The notes below the pieces were generated by a model. The model saw nothing but the letters and a program-made list of their open reading frames with translations. It did not search any database and was not told the DNA's origin. This document shows, one piece after another, positions 1 to 13,163 of a stretch of 64,000 nucleotides of DNA. Position 1 is the first letter of the stretch. The number at the start of each line of letters is the position of its first letter. Position numbers and translations under genes: made by a program. Origin of the DNA: Polyangiales bacterium (GTDB lineage Bacteria; Myxococcota_A; Polyangia; Polyangiales; Ga0077539); assembly GCA_044229975.1 (NCBI GenBank), contig JBGARZ010000023.1:1-64000 (forward strand), in the 5' to 3' direction.

Positions 1-97
1 GTATCGCCGCCCTACGCTGCGTGGCAGCCGTTGCTCATCTCGCTTCTCGTCCATCGTCTCCTCCAGCGATTTGAGGAGGTCTCCGAAGTCCGGAGTT

Positions 98-754
98 TCA
101 GGTCCTCAAACCGATGGAAGTTGTGCGGCAAGAGCAGCTACGGAGCGTGCGGCTGCCCTCGATGGCGTGTCGGAGCACGGACTCCTGCAAGCGGGGGTGG
201 GTGCGAAGGTCGTCGATGCTGCGAATCCAGTCACCGGCCAGCGCGCCGCGGTGGGCGTAGGTCTCAAGGAGCAGCTCGCGGATCGCGTCGTCGTCCCCAA
301 GGGTGCGCATGCCCCATCGGCAGATGACGCGCGGCTTCAGCCGAAGGATCATGTCCTCGAGCTCGATGGAGACGCGCGCGGCACCGAGCATGCCGCAATT
401 GAAGGGCGAGTTTGCGACGACCGTGAGCCCGGTCGGGTGGACGTGCGCTTTGTCCTCGCTCTTGGTCTGGACCTCGCCGTGAGTTTGGATATGGACAAAG
501 TACCGAACGCGCTCGGATACGTCCGCCGCGCGCTCGCTGCTCTCGACGATACGGTGGAGGTCGTCCAACACGTCGGCGGTGACAAAACTACCGGGCGTCC
601 TGATTGCGTGAAACTCCACCGCAACGCCGCGCGCTCGATAGGCATCACGGACGGCGGCGACGGACTCCGCGAAGACCCCCCCGACGTCGCGCGCGTCCGA
701 ACAGCCGACAATGACGTGAACCTGCTTCTGGAAGAGATCGAAAGGGGCTCTCAT
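98..754 (-). CDS. Divergent beta-carbonic anhydrase-like protein, possibly 3'-truncated
   Basis: ATG at 754 (MRAPFDLF). It has VIVGCSDARD (beta-CA CxDxR-like), IQTHG and NCGM, but His-Cys spacing is non-canonical and the C-terminus looks abrupt. Confidence 0.45.
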   Translation of the reverse strand: MRAPFDLFQKQVHVIVGCSDARDVGGVFAESVAAVRDAYRARGVAVEFHAIRTPGSFVTADVLDDLHRIVESSERAADVSERVRYFVHIQTHGEVQTKSEDKAHVHPTGLTVVANSPFNCGMLGAARVSIELEDMILRLKPRVICRWGMRTLGDDDAIRELLLETYAHRGALAGDWIRSIDDLRTHPRLQESVLRHAIEGSRTLRSCSCRTTSIGLRT

Positions 755-1053
755 GGTGGCTCCGTGGTGAGGTGTACGGCGTGCGTTGTGGAGCCATGCC
801 GGTCCGCGCGGCTCAACCTCCCTCGGTGTGTCCATCGCCCCGAGCCCCCCAAGCAAGCGCCGTCTCGCTGTCCTGCGCTTCCGTGTTCCAAGCTCTCTCT
901 CCTACGTGTGCTTCCCGGTCCTTGTGATGGCTGCGGAAGGGACACTCGCGACCGCTGCCGGGCGTCGCTGTGAATGTCACGAGGGCCTGATGCTCGGCCC
1001 CGCGGGGAACCTTTCGTTGCAGCGGAGAGATCGCCCATCGCAGTCGGCACGGT

Positions 1054-1797
1054 TCACGGGCAGCGAAAGAGCGCCGTGAGGTGCCGCACGTCGTCGTCGG
1101 AGAGCACCTCGTTGGAGAACGGCGGCATGCTCCCCGCGTAGCCCAGGAAGCTCCCATGGCGGATCTTCTCGACCACCACCGTGCGCATGTACGTCGTCAC
1201 GTCGGGGTAGGTCGACGGAAACTCCGAGGCGCAGTGCTGCTCCTGGGTGGCACTAGGGATGATGGACACGTTCGGGCCGAGCCTGCCCGCGCCCGACCCG
1301 ATGGCGCCGTGGCAGTTCGCGCAGGCGCGGTCCCAGACGGGGCGCGCGAGGGCCGCGTCGCCGTCGCCGAGCGTGCGAACGCTGCGAGGCCAGGTGTGCG
1401 GCACCGGCTGCGTCCCGGCGGTGGAGCCCTCCGGGGCGAGGGAGTCGAGCCACGCCGAGAGCGCGTCGCCGGTGGGGCCGTCGAGGTCCGTCGAGGTTCC
1501 GCGCATGAAGAAGACCCAGCACCGCTCGACCGCCTCGCGCAGGTGCACCACGTCGCCGCCCCAGTAGGAAGACCGCCTCGCCGCGCCTTCGAGCGTGGCC
1601 CCCGGCAACACGCGCGTGCCGACGTCCGCGGGACGCAGCGCGTGGCAGGTGGTGCAGGCGAAGACGTTGTACCGAGACCGGCTCGACGAGGGGTCACTGG
1701 CGATCGCAGCGCCCTGTGCAGAGAGAGGTTCGCGGCGCTCCGTGTCACCGCACGCTACGAGGAGCGATACGAGCGCGATCAGGGCCGTGAGCCTCAC
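1054..1797 (-). CDS. Diheme cytochrome c lipoprotein, TsdA/SoxA-like
   Basis: GTG start overlaps the upstream stop (GTGA). Lipobox LVAC; two CxxCH motifs (CTTCH, CANCH); AVERCWVFFMRG resembles the TsdA heme-1 Cys segment; GSMPPF offers a Met ligand. Confidence 0.75.
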   Translation of the reverse strand: MRLTALIALVSLLVACGDTERREPLSAQGAAIASDPSSSRSRYNVFACTTCHALRPADVGTRVLPGATLEGAARRSSYWGGDVVHLREAVERCWVFFMRGTSTDLDGPTGDALSAWLDSLAPEGSTAGTQPVPHTWPRSVRTLGDGDAALARPVWDRACANCHGAIGSGAGRLGPNVSIIPSATQEQHCASEFPSTYPDVTTYMRTVVVEKIRHGSFLGYAGSMPPFSNEVLSDDDVRHLTALFRCP

Positions 1798-3044
1798 GGA
1801 CGTGGCCTCCCAAAGACGATCGCGTCGGGGAAGATGCCCACGGTGAACTGCCGCACCACCGAGAGGTCGTCGGGGTTGAGCGCGAGCACGGTACCGGGCT
1901 GGTTGAGGGTCGGGTCGCTCCCATGGCGACCCTCGCAGACGAGGTAGTAGAGGCCGTCGGGGCCGTGCGCGACCTGATGCGGCAGCACGCACTGGTCGGC
2001 CGTGAAGGAGACCTGCTGGAGCACGGTGATGGGTGCGCGGGTGGTGATGCGCGCAACCGAGTCACGGCCCTGAACGGGCACGATCAGGGTCGCGCCATCG
2101 GGGCTGAAGCCCGGGAAGTAGGGCTTGCCTCCGAGGCGTCGGGTCAAGCGGGCTTCGTCGAAGCGACCCGCGGCGATGTCGTAGGCGATGAGCAAGCCGG
2201 ACACGGTGCAGCCGACCCAGACGGTGGTTCCATCGGGCGAGAGGCCGAGGGCGTAGGGGCCATGCGTGGGGCTGACCGAGCTCGCCGGAGGCCCGGCGAT
2301 GTGAACCAGGCGCGCCGTCGGACGGGGCCCGTCGAGGGAGACCACGCCGAGGGCGTCGTCGCCGTAGCAGGCCATGAAGATCGAGCGGCCGTCGGCCGAG
2401 ACCGCCATCCCGTGGGCGGCGACGCAGACCGGCACCGTCGCGGTGCGGGTCATGGTGGCCGTGTCGATGACCAGGAGGTTGGATCGTTGCGCGTCGGCGT
2501 CGCCCAGGTTGGCGAGCGCGCGGCGCAGGTCGAAATGCGAGACGTACGCCGTGCGTCCGTCGGGGGAGAGCACGAGGTCGCCGGGGTTGGGGTCGAGGTC
2601 GATCTGCCCCAGGAGGCGGAAGTCGCAGAGCGAGCGCTTCACGAAGATCCCAGGGGAGACCGCGGAGCCGTGCTCGGCGTGGGGCCCCGCGGGAATCGCC
2701 GGTGCCGGGAACGACAGCGGCGAGTAGAGCACCCCCGCGGCGACGTCGAGCGCGAGGTGGTGCGGGCCGTTCTCGGCGAGCGGCCCGACGGGCACCGGGT
2801 GCGTGGTGAGGGTGCGCCCCGCGACGAGGTCGAGGACGGAGACGGAGTTCATCAGGCTGTTGGAGACGTAGGCGACGCTACCGAAGCCGCCGTCCGGGAG
2901 GTCGGGCTGCTCGCAGCGAGGACCCCACGCAGCGGCGTCGGGGCGATCGTAGACTACGCGCTCCTCCCCGCACGCGACGGCGCCGAGGGCGACGAGCAAC
3001 ACGCCGAGGAGATTGCTGGTGGGGGGCAGGGTCGAACGCATCAA
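1794..3044 (-). CDS. YncE/YVTN-family beta-propeller lipoprotein, His-rich
   Basis: Lipobox AVAC; AYVSNSLMNSVSVLDL, SPDGRTAYVS and VGIFPD blade motifs; several His clusters. Confidence 0.8.
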   Translation of the reverse strand: MMRSTLPPTSNLLGVLLVALGAVACGEERVVYDRPDAAAWGPRCEQPDLPDGGFGSVAYVSNSLMNSVSVLDLVAGRTLTTHPVPVGPLAENGPHHLALDVAAGVLYSPLSFPAPAIPAGPHAEHGSAVSPGIFVKRSLCDFRLLGQIDLDPNPGDLVLSPDGRTAYVSHFDLRRALANLGDADAQRSNLLVIDTATMTRTATVPVCVAAHGMAVSADGRSIFMACYGDDALGVVSLDGPRPTARLVHIAGPPASSVSPTHGPYALGLSPDGTTVWVGCTVSGLLIAYDIAAGRFDEARLTRRLGGKPYFPGFSPDGATLIVPVQGRDSVARITTRAPITVLQQVSFTADQCVLPHQVAHGPDGLYYLVCEGRHGSDPTLNQPGTVLALNPDDLSVVRQFTVGIFPDAIVFGRPRP

Positions 3045-4405
3045 TAGCCTCCTGGGTGTGCCCGCGTCGGGGTCGAGCGCTCTGGCCTCGGGCTTCGGCA
3101 GCGAGCGATCATCGCCAGAACGGCGAGCGCCAGACCGCGTGAGGACCCTGGTGCGCCCCGGCGGGAGAGGTCGCAGGCGCAGCCGTCCGGCGATGGCCTG
3201 GTGGTGATGGTTGCGTCCACACTCGCGGGGCCCGAGTCGCCGGAGGGAGCGTCGGGCACGCCGCCGTCGTCCTTCATGTCCGGGAAGAGGATCTGCGCCT
3301 GGGCGCCCTTCCAGCGCTCACCACAGACGCGCGCGGCGGGTGATCCGTCCATGCATGCGGGCGGTCCCGGTACGTCGGCCCAGCGCAGGGCGGATTCGAA
3401 GGACCGGCCGCCGTCCGTTGAGCGCCCGAGGGCATAGCCCGTGCGCACCCAGTCGCTACACGCCCAGAGCGCTCCCTGGTGCTGCTTCAAGCAGAAGATG
3501 GGGAGGTCGCTCACGGGCAGGAAGGTTCGGCCGCGGTCGTCGGAGCGATGGAGCCCCTCGGCGCTGCTGCCATACCAGACGGTGCGTCCGTCGTCGGAGA
3601 TCGCGAACCCCAGCATGAGGTCGCTCGTCCGGGCCACGGTCTCAAAGCGCACGCCGCCATCCTCGCTGCGGAGGAGGCTCGACCCGAGGCCGCGGGACGT
3701 GCGGACGTAGACGACCTGGGCGTCCGCCGGATCGACGCCGGCGACGAAGGTCTCGTCCCCGAGGTCGGCGGTGGGGGCGAGCGCGCGGACCGTCGCACCC
3801 CCGTCGTCGCTGCGCAGGAGCAACGGGCTGCCGAGGTTGTCGGCGCCCGAGAGGTAGAGCCGCCGGACGTCCGTCGGCGCGACGTCGATGGTGGTCAGCC
3901 GGACACCCTCCAGCGGGCTCCCGGTGGGGACGAAGCGCAGGGTATTGGCCGGCGCGCGAAGGATGCGCCCGGGCGAGCCCAGGGTGCCGTCGATCGCGAA
4001 CACGGTGCCGCCGTCGGGGGTCGAGGCGAGGTCGATGATGTTCCGGTCGCCGAGGTCCGCCTGACCGGTCGCCGAGCAGCCGTCGGTGAGCGCGTTGACG
4101 CCGTGGTTGAAGCCGTAGACCACGGTGCCGAAGCGGGTGATCTCCACCGCCGGATCGATGACCAGCGGGAGGGGGTAGGGGTCGTACATGAGCTCCTCGC
4201 AGTGCCACTGGAAGGTGCGCCCTTCATCGCGGCTCACCAGCAGCCCGAAGGTCACCCGCAGCACCACCATGCGCGACGAGGTGCCGGGCCCGAGGAGCAC
4301 CTGTTGCGCCGTTGGGAAGCGACCGTTGGCGTGCGCGCTCTCCCCGCGCGCGAGGAGCGCGCAGAGCGACAGGAGGGCGGCGGCGACGAGCGGTCGGACG
4401 GGCAT
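3041..4405 (-). CDS. BNR/Asp-box beta-propeller (NGRFP family) with MYXO-CTERM-like tail, paralog 1
   Basis: Signal peptide AHA-NGRFP; repeated SxDxGxTF Asp-boxes; C-terminal GCAC + hydrophobic + basic tail. Confidence 0.85.
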   Translation of the reverse strand: MPVRPLVAAALLSLCALLARGESAHANGRFPTAQQVLLGPGTSSRMVVLRVTFGLLVSRDEGRTFQWHCEELMYDPYPLPLVIDPAVEITRFGTVVYGFNHGVNALTDGCSATGQADLGDRNIIDLASTPDGGTVFAIDGTLGSPGRILRAPANTLRFVPTGSPLEGVRLTTIDVAPTDVRRLYLSGADNLGSPLLLRSDDGGATVRALAPTADLGDETFVAGVDPADAQVVYVRTSRGLGSSLLRSEDGGVRFETVARTSDLMLGFAISDDGRTVWYGSSAEGLHRSDDRGRTFLPVSDLPIFCLKQHQGALWACSDWVRTGYALGRSTDGGRSFESALRWADVPGPPACMDGSPAARVCGERWKGAQAQILFPDMKDDGGVPDAPSGDSGPASVDATITTRPSPDGCACDLSRRGAPGSSRGLALAVLAMIARCRSPRPERSTPTRAHPGGY

Positions 4406-4420
4406 GGCGCCTCGCGGGGC

Positions 4421-5065
4421 TCAGGGGCTGATGGTGAACCGCCGCGGCGCGCTCTGCACGAAGGGTCCGCTGCCGCTCGGGATCACATTGGCGTTGAAGG
4501 TCGCCGTCTGGATGGTGAGCGAGAGCGGGCCCCCGGCGGCGGCCGTGCGGAGTCGCGCCCACGACGCGGCGTCGGGCGTCCACGACGTGCCCGACTGCTG
4601 CCGACGGAAGACCACAGTGTCGCCGCTGCGAATGAAGACGTCGTAGCCGCGACCGCTGAACGGGGGACAGTGGGCCTGCGCTTCGGGGACGAGGGTCGTC
4701 CAGCGCTGCCACTCGTCGGCGAACGTCAGCGCACGCGTGGCAGGCGGCCGGAGACGGAAGGACGTCGGCGCGGTCCATCGGAAGGTGTACGGCGTGGCGC
4801 CCGGGAGGGCCTCCGCCTCGGTCGGCGCAACGATGGCGGGGGCCCGGGCGTCGTTCACCATCGACTGGCCGTTCGAGATGCGGTCGTCAAAGCCCTGACA
4901 CGTCTCGTCGCTGAAGCCGTCCTCCGTCGGGCAGGTCGGAAGGCTGATGACGTTGCGGTCGGCGCACGCTGCGCTGGTGACAGTGCTTTCATCGCAGGCC
5001 ACCGCAAACACCAACGGCAGGGCCAAGGCAGAGAGGGTGGTGAGGGCTGTGCGGATCTTCATCAT
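4421..5065 (-). CDS. Hypothetical Cys-containing lipoprotein with internal PEAQAHC motif
   Basis: AAGGAG RBS; lipobox AVAC; coherent 214-aa ORF within the operon. Confidence 0.75.
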   Translation of the reverse strand: MMKIRTALTTLSALALPLVFAVACDESTVTSAACADRNVISLPTCPTEDGFSDETCQGFDDRISNGQSMVNDARAPAIVAPTEAEALPGATPYTFRWTAPTSFRLRPPATRALTFADEWQRWTTLVPEAQAHCPPFSGRGYDVFIRSGDTVVFRRQQSGTSWTPDAASWARLRTAAAGGPLSLTIQTATFNANVIPSGSGPFVQSAPRRFTISP

Positions 5066-5170
5066 GGACGTTACTCCTTGGAGGTTCTGGCGGTCACGGG
5101 CGGGGCATACTGACAGCCGTTTCGCGCTCGAAGACGGGCCATGGGCCCTGGTGCGACGATCAGACGCACC

Positions 5171-6534
5171 TCACGGCCGCAGGCTGACTTCGTCCTGCGC
5201 TTCGAGCCTCCGCGAGCGCCGGCGAGACCACAGCGCCAGCAACCCGACGAGACCCCAACCGATCCGACCGGGCACCGCCCGGACGGCCCCCACCGAGCAC
5301 GCGCCGCCGCCGCCGCCGCCAGGCGACGCAACGCCCGCGTCGATGCGAAAGCCCGCGTCGATCGGGAGCGGCGGCGGGTTCTTCAGAACCTCACCGGCGT
5401 CCGCAGCGCGCCCGATCTGGTCCTGGATGCCGGGCCACTGCCAGCCGCACACGGTCGGACCCATCAGCGAGGGATCACAGCGGAACGCCCCGTCGACCCA
5501 CTCCCACCGCACGACGGGCTCGAAGGTCCGGCCGCCGTCGCGGGAGCGGCCCAGCGCGAAGGGTCGCTGCGTCCAGTCCGAACAGGCCCAGAGCACGCCG
5601 GCGTGTTGCCGCAGGCAGAGCGTCGGGAGGTCGTTCACCGGGGCGAACGAGCGACCGCGGTCGTCGGAGCGGAGGAGCCCTTCTTCACGGCTACCGATCC
5701 AGACGGTGCGACCGTCGTCGCTCAGCGCGAAGCCGAGCATCATTCCCCGGGTCGATGCGACGCGGGTGAAATGGGCCCCTCCGTCCTCGCTGCGCAGGAG
5801 GGCCGTGCTCACCGCGCCCACGAACGAGCGCACGTAGAGCACGTTGGCGTCCGTCGGATCGACGCCGCTCAGCCACGCGTCTTCGGCCGCCCCGAGGTCG
5901 GGCGTCAGGGGGACGAGGGTGGCGCCATCGTCGTCGCTGCGGAAGATCCGGGGGGTGCGGGTCATCGCGTCGAAGCCGCTGGCGTAGAGGCGCCCGGGGC
6001 GGCTCGTGGCCACGTCGAGGTTGGTGAAGGTGACGCCCGCGACGCCCGCACCGAGGCGCTCGAAGCGGAGGGTGCGGGAATCCGCCCGGAGTACGTGGTT
6101 GCTCATCCCCGGGTCGGACTCGATGGCGAAGAGGTTCTCTCCCGTGGCGTCCGAGGTGAGGTCTGCGATGTGGTGTTCGAGAGCCGTTGGGTCGCGGGCG
6201 ATCTGGCACCCGTCGGGCGATACGTGGATGCCTCGCGTGTAGCCGAACAGCATGCTCCTGTCGGCCGCGATCGCGATGGACGGGTCGACGTCTCCGGTCG
6301 GAAACAGTGGCCGATAGATCTGCGCCTCACACATCCAGTGGAAGGTCGCCCCGGCGTCGTGGCTGACCACGAGCCCGAAGGTCGTCCGTAGGACGATCAC
6401 GTCGCTCCGGGGGCCCGGCCCGATGACGACATCCTGAGCGGTCGGGAAGCGTCCGTTCGCGCTGGCGGGCAGCCCGCCGACCAGGAGCGCCGCGAGGAAC
6501 GCCACCCCTGAAGAGAGCCGAACGGGCGCATGAG

Positions 6535-6538
<4 letters not shown>
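5171..6538 (-). CDS. BNR/Asp-box beta-propeller (NGRFP family) with MYXO-CTERM-like tail, paralog 2
   Basis: ATG at 6538 overlaps the czcA stop (ATGA); ASA-NGRFP; Asp-boxes; GACSV...WGLVGLLALWSRRR tail. Confidence 0.85.
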
Positions 6539-9714
<3,176 letters not shown>

Positions 9715-9715
9715 G

Positions 9716-10855
9716 TCAGTCTGCCTCGCCGAGCTCGCCGCCCTGGAGCGCGCTCTTGAGCGTGAAGGCCCCGCTCACTGCGAGCGCTGCGCCCTCCGAG
9801 AGGCCCCCGCGCAGCTCGTGGAAGCCGCCGGCCCGCCGACCGAGCTCGACGGCCTGCGGGCGGAAGGTGTTGGCGCCGCTCGCGGGGACGAAGACCGTGG
9901 GCTGACCCTCCACCGTCGCGACGGCATCGACCGGAACCACCAGGACGCGCTCATCGGGCGCCCCACCCACCAGCTCGACGCTCCCGAACAGGCCGCTGCG
10001 CAGGCGCGCGTCGGGGGTCGTGAGCGAGACGCGGATGGGCAGCGACCGGGTTCGCTCGTCGAGAGCGGGCGCGACGTAGACGACGGTTCCGGCGAGCGCG
10101 AGGTCGGGGAAGGCGTGCAGGCGCACGATGACCGCGGTGCCCACCGCGACGCGGGCGATCTCCAGCTCCGGGACGTCGCCGCGCACCCACACGCGGGTCG
10201 GGTCGGTCACCACGAAGACCGCCCGCTCGGGGCTCGCGGTCTCGCCGAGGGCCGCCTGCACGGCCACCACGACGCCGTCGATGGGAGAGCGGAGCTGGAG
10301 CTCGCCCGCGGTACCGGAGCCGAAAAGCGCGAGCTGCCTTTGGGTGCCCTCGACCTCCGCGCGCAGCTCGCCCACCTGCGCCTCGGCGTCGATGACCGAG
10401 CGCTGGGCGCCGATGCCCTCGGTGGAGAGCGCGCGCTGGCGGCGGAGCGTGGCCTCAGCGGCGGAGAGCCGGGCGCGGGCCTGACCGAGGCGGGCGCGGG
10501 CCGCGGAGACGTCGCTGGACGCGACGACCCCAAGCACCTGGTTGCGGGTCACCCGCTCTCCGATCGCGACGGCGACGCGGGTGATGCGGCCCGACACCAG
10601 CGGGCCCACCTGCGCAGTGCTGCTCGGTTCGAACTGAATCTCCGCGGGCAGGGCTGCGCCACCTCCGAGGGCGCGCCGCTCGACGCGCCCGGTTCGGATG
10701 CCCGCGAGCTGCATGGCTTCCGCGGTCAGCCGCACCTCGTGGGGCGCGCCGGCCTCCGCGGCGGGTTCGGAGGCAGGGGCTGGAGGGGCTGCACCCTTGC
10801 AAGCGATGAAGACGACGGAGAGCGCGACGAGCACCCGCGGAACAAGTCTGATCAT
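9716..10855 (-). CDS. czcB: RND periplasmic adaptor (CzcB/CusB family)
   Basis: LRSPIDGVV and LRSGLFG membrane-fusion motifs; directly upstream of czcA. Confidence 0.9.
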   Translation of the reverse strand: MIRLVPRVLVALSVVFIACKGAAPPAPASEPAAEAGAPHEVRLTAEAMQLAGIRTGRVERRALGGGAALPAEIQFEPSSTAQVGPLVSGRITRVAVAIGERVTRNQVLGVVASSDVSAARARLGQARARLSAAEATLRRQRALSTEGIGAQRSVIDAEAQVGELRAEVEGTQRQLALFGSGTAGELQLRSPIDGVVVAVQAALGETASPERAVFVVTDPTRVWVRGDVPELEIARVAVGTAVIVRLHAFPDLALAGTVVYVAPALDERTRSLPIRVSLTTPDARLRSGLFGSVELVGGAPDERVLVVPVDAVATVEGQPTVFVPASGANTFRPQAVELGRRAGGFHELRGGLSEGAALAVSGAFTLKSALQGGELGEAD

Positions 10856-12309
10856 GGCAACACCTCGGGGCTGTGGTCGTCGGGCCAGAGATCGACGCCG
10901 ACGGTTCGCTCCAGGTTGGCGAGGGCGACGAAGTAGTCGAGCTGCGCGTCGAGCGCGTCGTTTTGGATGCGTAGGAAGCGCTCGCGCCCGATGGAGAGGG
11001 CGAGCACGTCGATCTCCCCGAGCTCGAACGATCGCCGCAGCAGCGCAAGGTTCTCCTCGAAGCGCGGGAGCACCTCGGTGCCGTAGCTGCGCAGGCGCTG
11101 CGCCGCGGAGGTCACCTCGCTGTGGGCGAGCGCCACCTGGCCTTCGAGGAGCGAGAGCGCGGCCGCGAGCTCGGCCTCGGCGACCCGCACGTCGGCGCGC
11201 GATCGGGCCCGCTCACCCTGGTTGCGCTGGAAGCTCGGGATGGACACCGACACCACGCCCTGCACCGTGTGGTACGGCCCCTCGGCGGTGGGGTTTCCTT
11301 CCCGCTGGTATTGCAGACCGACGGTAGGCTGGGGCCACGACCCGCGGTCGGCGACGGCCACTCGCGACTGTGCCTCGCGCAGCGCAGCGTCGCGCGTGCG
11401 CAGCGACGGGAGCTGCTGGCGCGCCGTGGTGAGGAGCACATCGAGCGCCGGTGGTTCGCGCGCGGCGTCGACCTCTCCGACGGGCGTCGGCGGTCGTGCG
11501 ACGGGCCAGCCGGAGAGCTGCGCGAGCTGGAGGCGGGCGCTGAGGTAGCCCTGCGTGGCGGCGACGGTGAGCTGCCGCGCCTGGGCCACCTCGGCCTGCG
11601 TGAGGCGCAGCGTGAGGCCGGCGGTCTCCCCGGCGCGAATCTGTCGCTCGACGATGCGCAGCAGGTCCTCCTGGAAGGCGAGGATGCGCGCCGCGAGGAG
11701 GGCCCGATCGCGCTGCACCAGGGCGCGGTGGAAGGCCGCGTGGACGTCGCAGTGGACGGCCCAGCGGAGCTGCTCGATCTCGGCGTCGGTGAGGTCGCGC
11801 TGGCGGTCGGCGGCCGTGAGCCGCAGGCCCCGTTCGCCGCCGATGAAGAACTGCTGGGTCACGCTGGCCTGCACGTCGACGCCGGTGCCCGTGAGGCCGA
11901 GGCGGGGGCCGACGGCGAGGCTCACCTCGGGGTTGGACGGCAGCCACGGGGCGGCGGCGACGCGGGCGGCCACGGCGCGCGAGCGGGTGCTGCGGGCGAC
12001 CTGCAACACCGGCGCACGGGCGTCGGCGTACGCGAGGAACGCCAGGAGCTCGACCTCCTGAGGGCCAGTCGGATCGGGGAGCGCCGTGCGGATACCGGCG
12101 CGCGTCGGCGCGTGGTCGTTTCCGCCGGAGGACGGGGACGAGCGGAGGTGGGGAGCGACGGACTCGGGACGCTCGACGGGGACGCTCGATGCGCACGCCT
12201 GCACCAGCATCGCGCCGCAGACGCCGGCCACGCGGGCGAGTCGCGCCAGGGAGTGAAGAGTCCGCCGCGTTTCCGGCGCCGTGGATCGGCCGAGAGCGAG
12301 CCGGCTCAT
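10852..12309 (-). CDS. czcC: TolC/CzcC family outer-membrane efflux protein
   Basis: PSNPEV, PSFQRNQG, SFELGEID; ATG at 12309 overlaps the upstream stop. Confidence 0.88.
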   Translation of the reverse strand: MSRLALGRSTAPETRRTLHSLARLARVAGVCGAMLVQACASSVPVERPESVAPHLRSSPSSGGNDHAPTRAGIRTALPDPTGPQEVELLAFLAYADARAPVLQVARSTRSRAVAARVAAAPWLPSNPEVSLAVGPRLGLTGTGVDVQASVTQQFFIGGERGLRLTAADRQRDLTDAEIEQLRWAVHCDVHAAFHRALVQRDRALLAARILAFQEDLLRIVERQIRAGETAGLTLRLTQAEVAQARQLTVAATQGYLSARLQLAQLSGWPVARPPTPVGEVDAAREPPALDVLLTTARQQLPSLRTRDAALREAQSRVAVADRGSWPQPTVGLQYQREGNPTAEGPYHTVQGVVSVSIPSFQRNQGERARSRADVRVAEAELAAALSLLEGQVALAHSEVTSAAQRLRSYGTEVLPRFEENLALLRRSFELGEIDVLALSIGRERFLRIQNDALDAQLDYFVALANLERTVGVDLWPDDHSPEVLP

Positions 12310-13010
12310 GGTGCTCCCGGAGACGATCCGAGCATTGATGGGTTCCACTGGATCGTGCGCCCCGGCTGCACCGTCGGTCGGCTCACCAGGCCGAGGGCCA
12401 CGGCCCCCGCGCCGAGCGCCACGCCGATTCCCACGGTGACCCAACCGGCGGTCACGAAGCCGGTACGCCCTCGCGCCTCGTCATCGCCGAAGCCAAGGAG
12501 CACGGGCCCAGTGATGAGTCCCGCAACGCCGAACATCCCCATCACGAGCGCGCCGATGATGCCACCCGCGGAGGTCGTGCTACGGCCGATGGCGTGGCGC
12601 GCCACGGAAGGTTCGGCGCCCACGCTGATGAAGCCCGCGCTGCTGCGCCACGGATCATCGAGCACGCTGAAGAGGATCTCGTGGTGGCCGAGGGAAAGAT
12701 TCACCGCGCAGGGCAGGAGACACAGTGGTCGCGTCACACGCTGTGGACCTATGAGGTAGGCCCCGCGATACCCCACGGCGCCTTGGGGGATGGCCGTGTT
12801 CTCCGAGCGCTGGACGACCTCGTCGGCGCGCGCAGGCCCCTCTGTCGCGTCCAGGACCACACGTCCCTCGCCGGCACCCGGCGGAGGGAGTTCGCTTGCG
12901 ACGGTCGGCACACTGCGCGGTGGAACCGCAGGAGGCGGAAGGCCGCGTGGAGCGCACGCCTGCACCAGCAGAAGCGCCGTCACGTCGATGCGTTGAAGGG
13001 TCACTCGCAT
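12306..13010 (-). CDS. Hypothetical lipoprotein/membrane protein with two C-terminal TM segments
   Basis: LVQAC lipobox-like segment; CLLPC motif; two Gly-rich hydrophobic helices; translationally coupled to czcC. Confidence 0.65.
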   Translation of the reverse strand: MRVTLQRIDVTALLLVQACAPRGLPPPAVPPRSVPTVASELPPPGAGEGRVVLDATEGPARADEVVQRSENTAIPQGAVGYRGAYLIGPQRVTRPLCLLPCAVNLSLGHHEILFSVLDDPWRSSAGFISVGAEPSVARHAIGRSTTSAGGIIGALVMGMFGVAGLITGPVLLGFGDDEARGRTGFVTAGWVTVGIGVALGAGAVALGLVSRPTVQPGRTIQWNPSMLGSSPGAP

Positions 13011-13163
13011 GTCACCACCCGTTCCGAAGCGTCTGGTCGCTCGATGGTCGAGCGACGACCAGGACGTCCGCGCCTCGCGCCGCCCGGCCCTGCTCGTAGA
13101 ACCTACTAGAAACAATCGTAGTTCGTCGCACCGGTTGATCGCGGTCGATCTGCGTCATGGCGG

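Noticed and set aside
860..1050. Possible cobalamin riboswitch upstream of the CA-like gene
   Set aside because: Only a GGGAAG-like fragment is seen; the conserved core and B12 box could not be identified. An Rfam scan would settle it.
3041..4405. Calling the BNR proteins sialidases or xyloglucanases
   Set aside because: Asp-boxes are structural motifs; I could not identify a catalytic RIP/Arg triad or GH74 signature.
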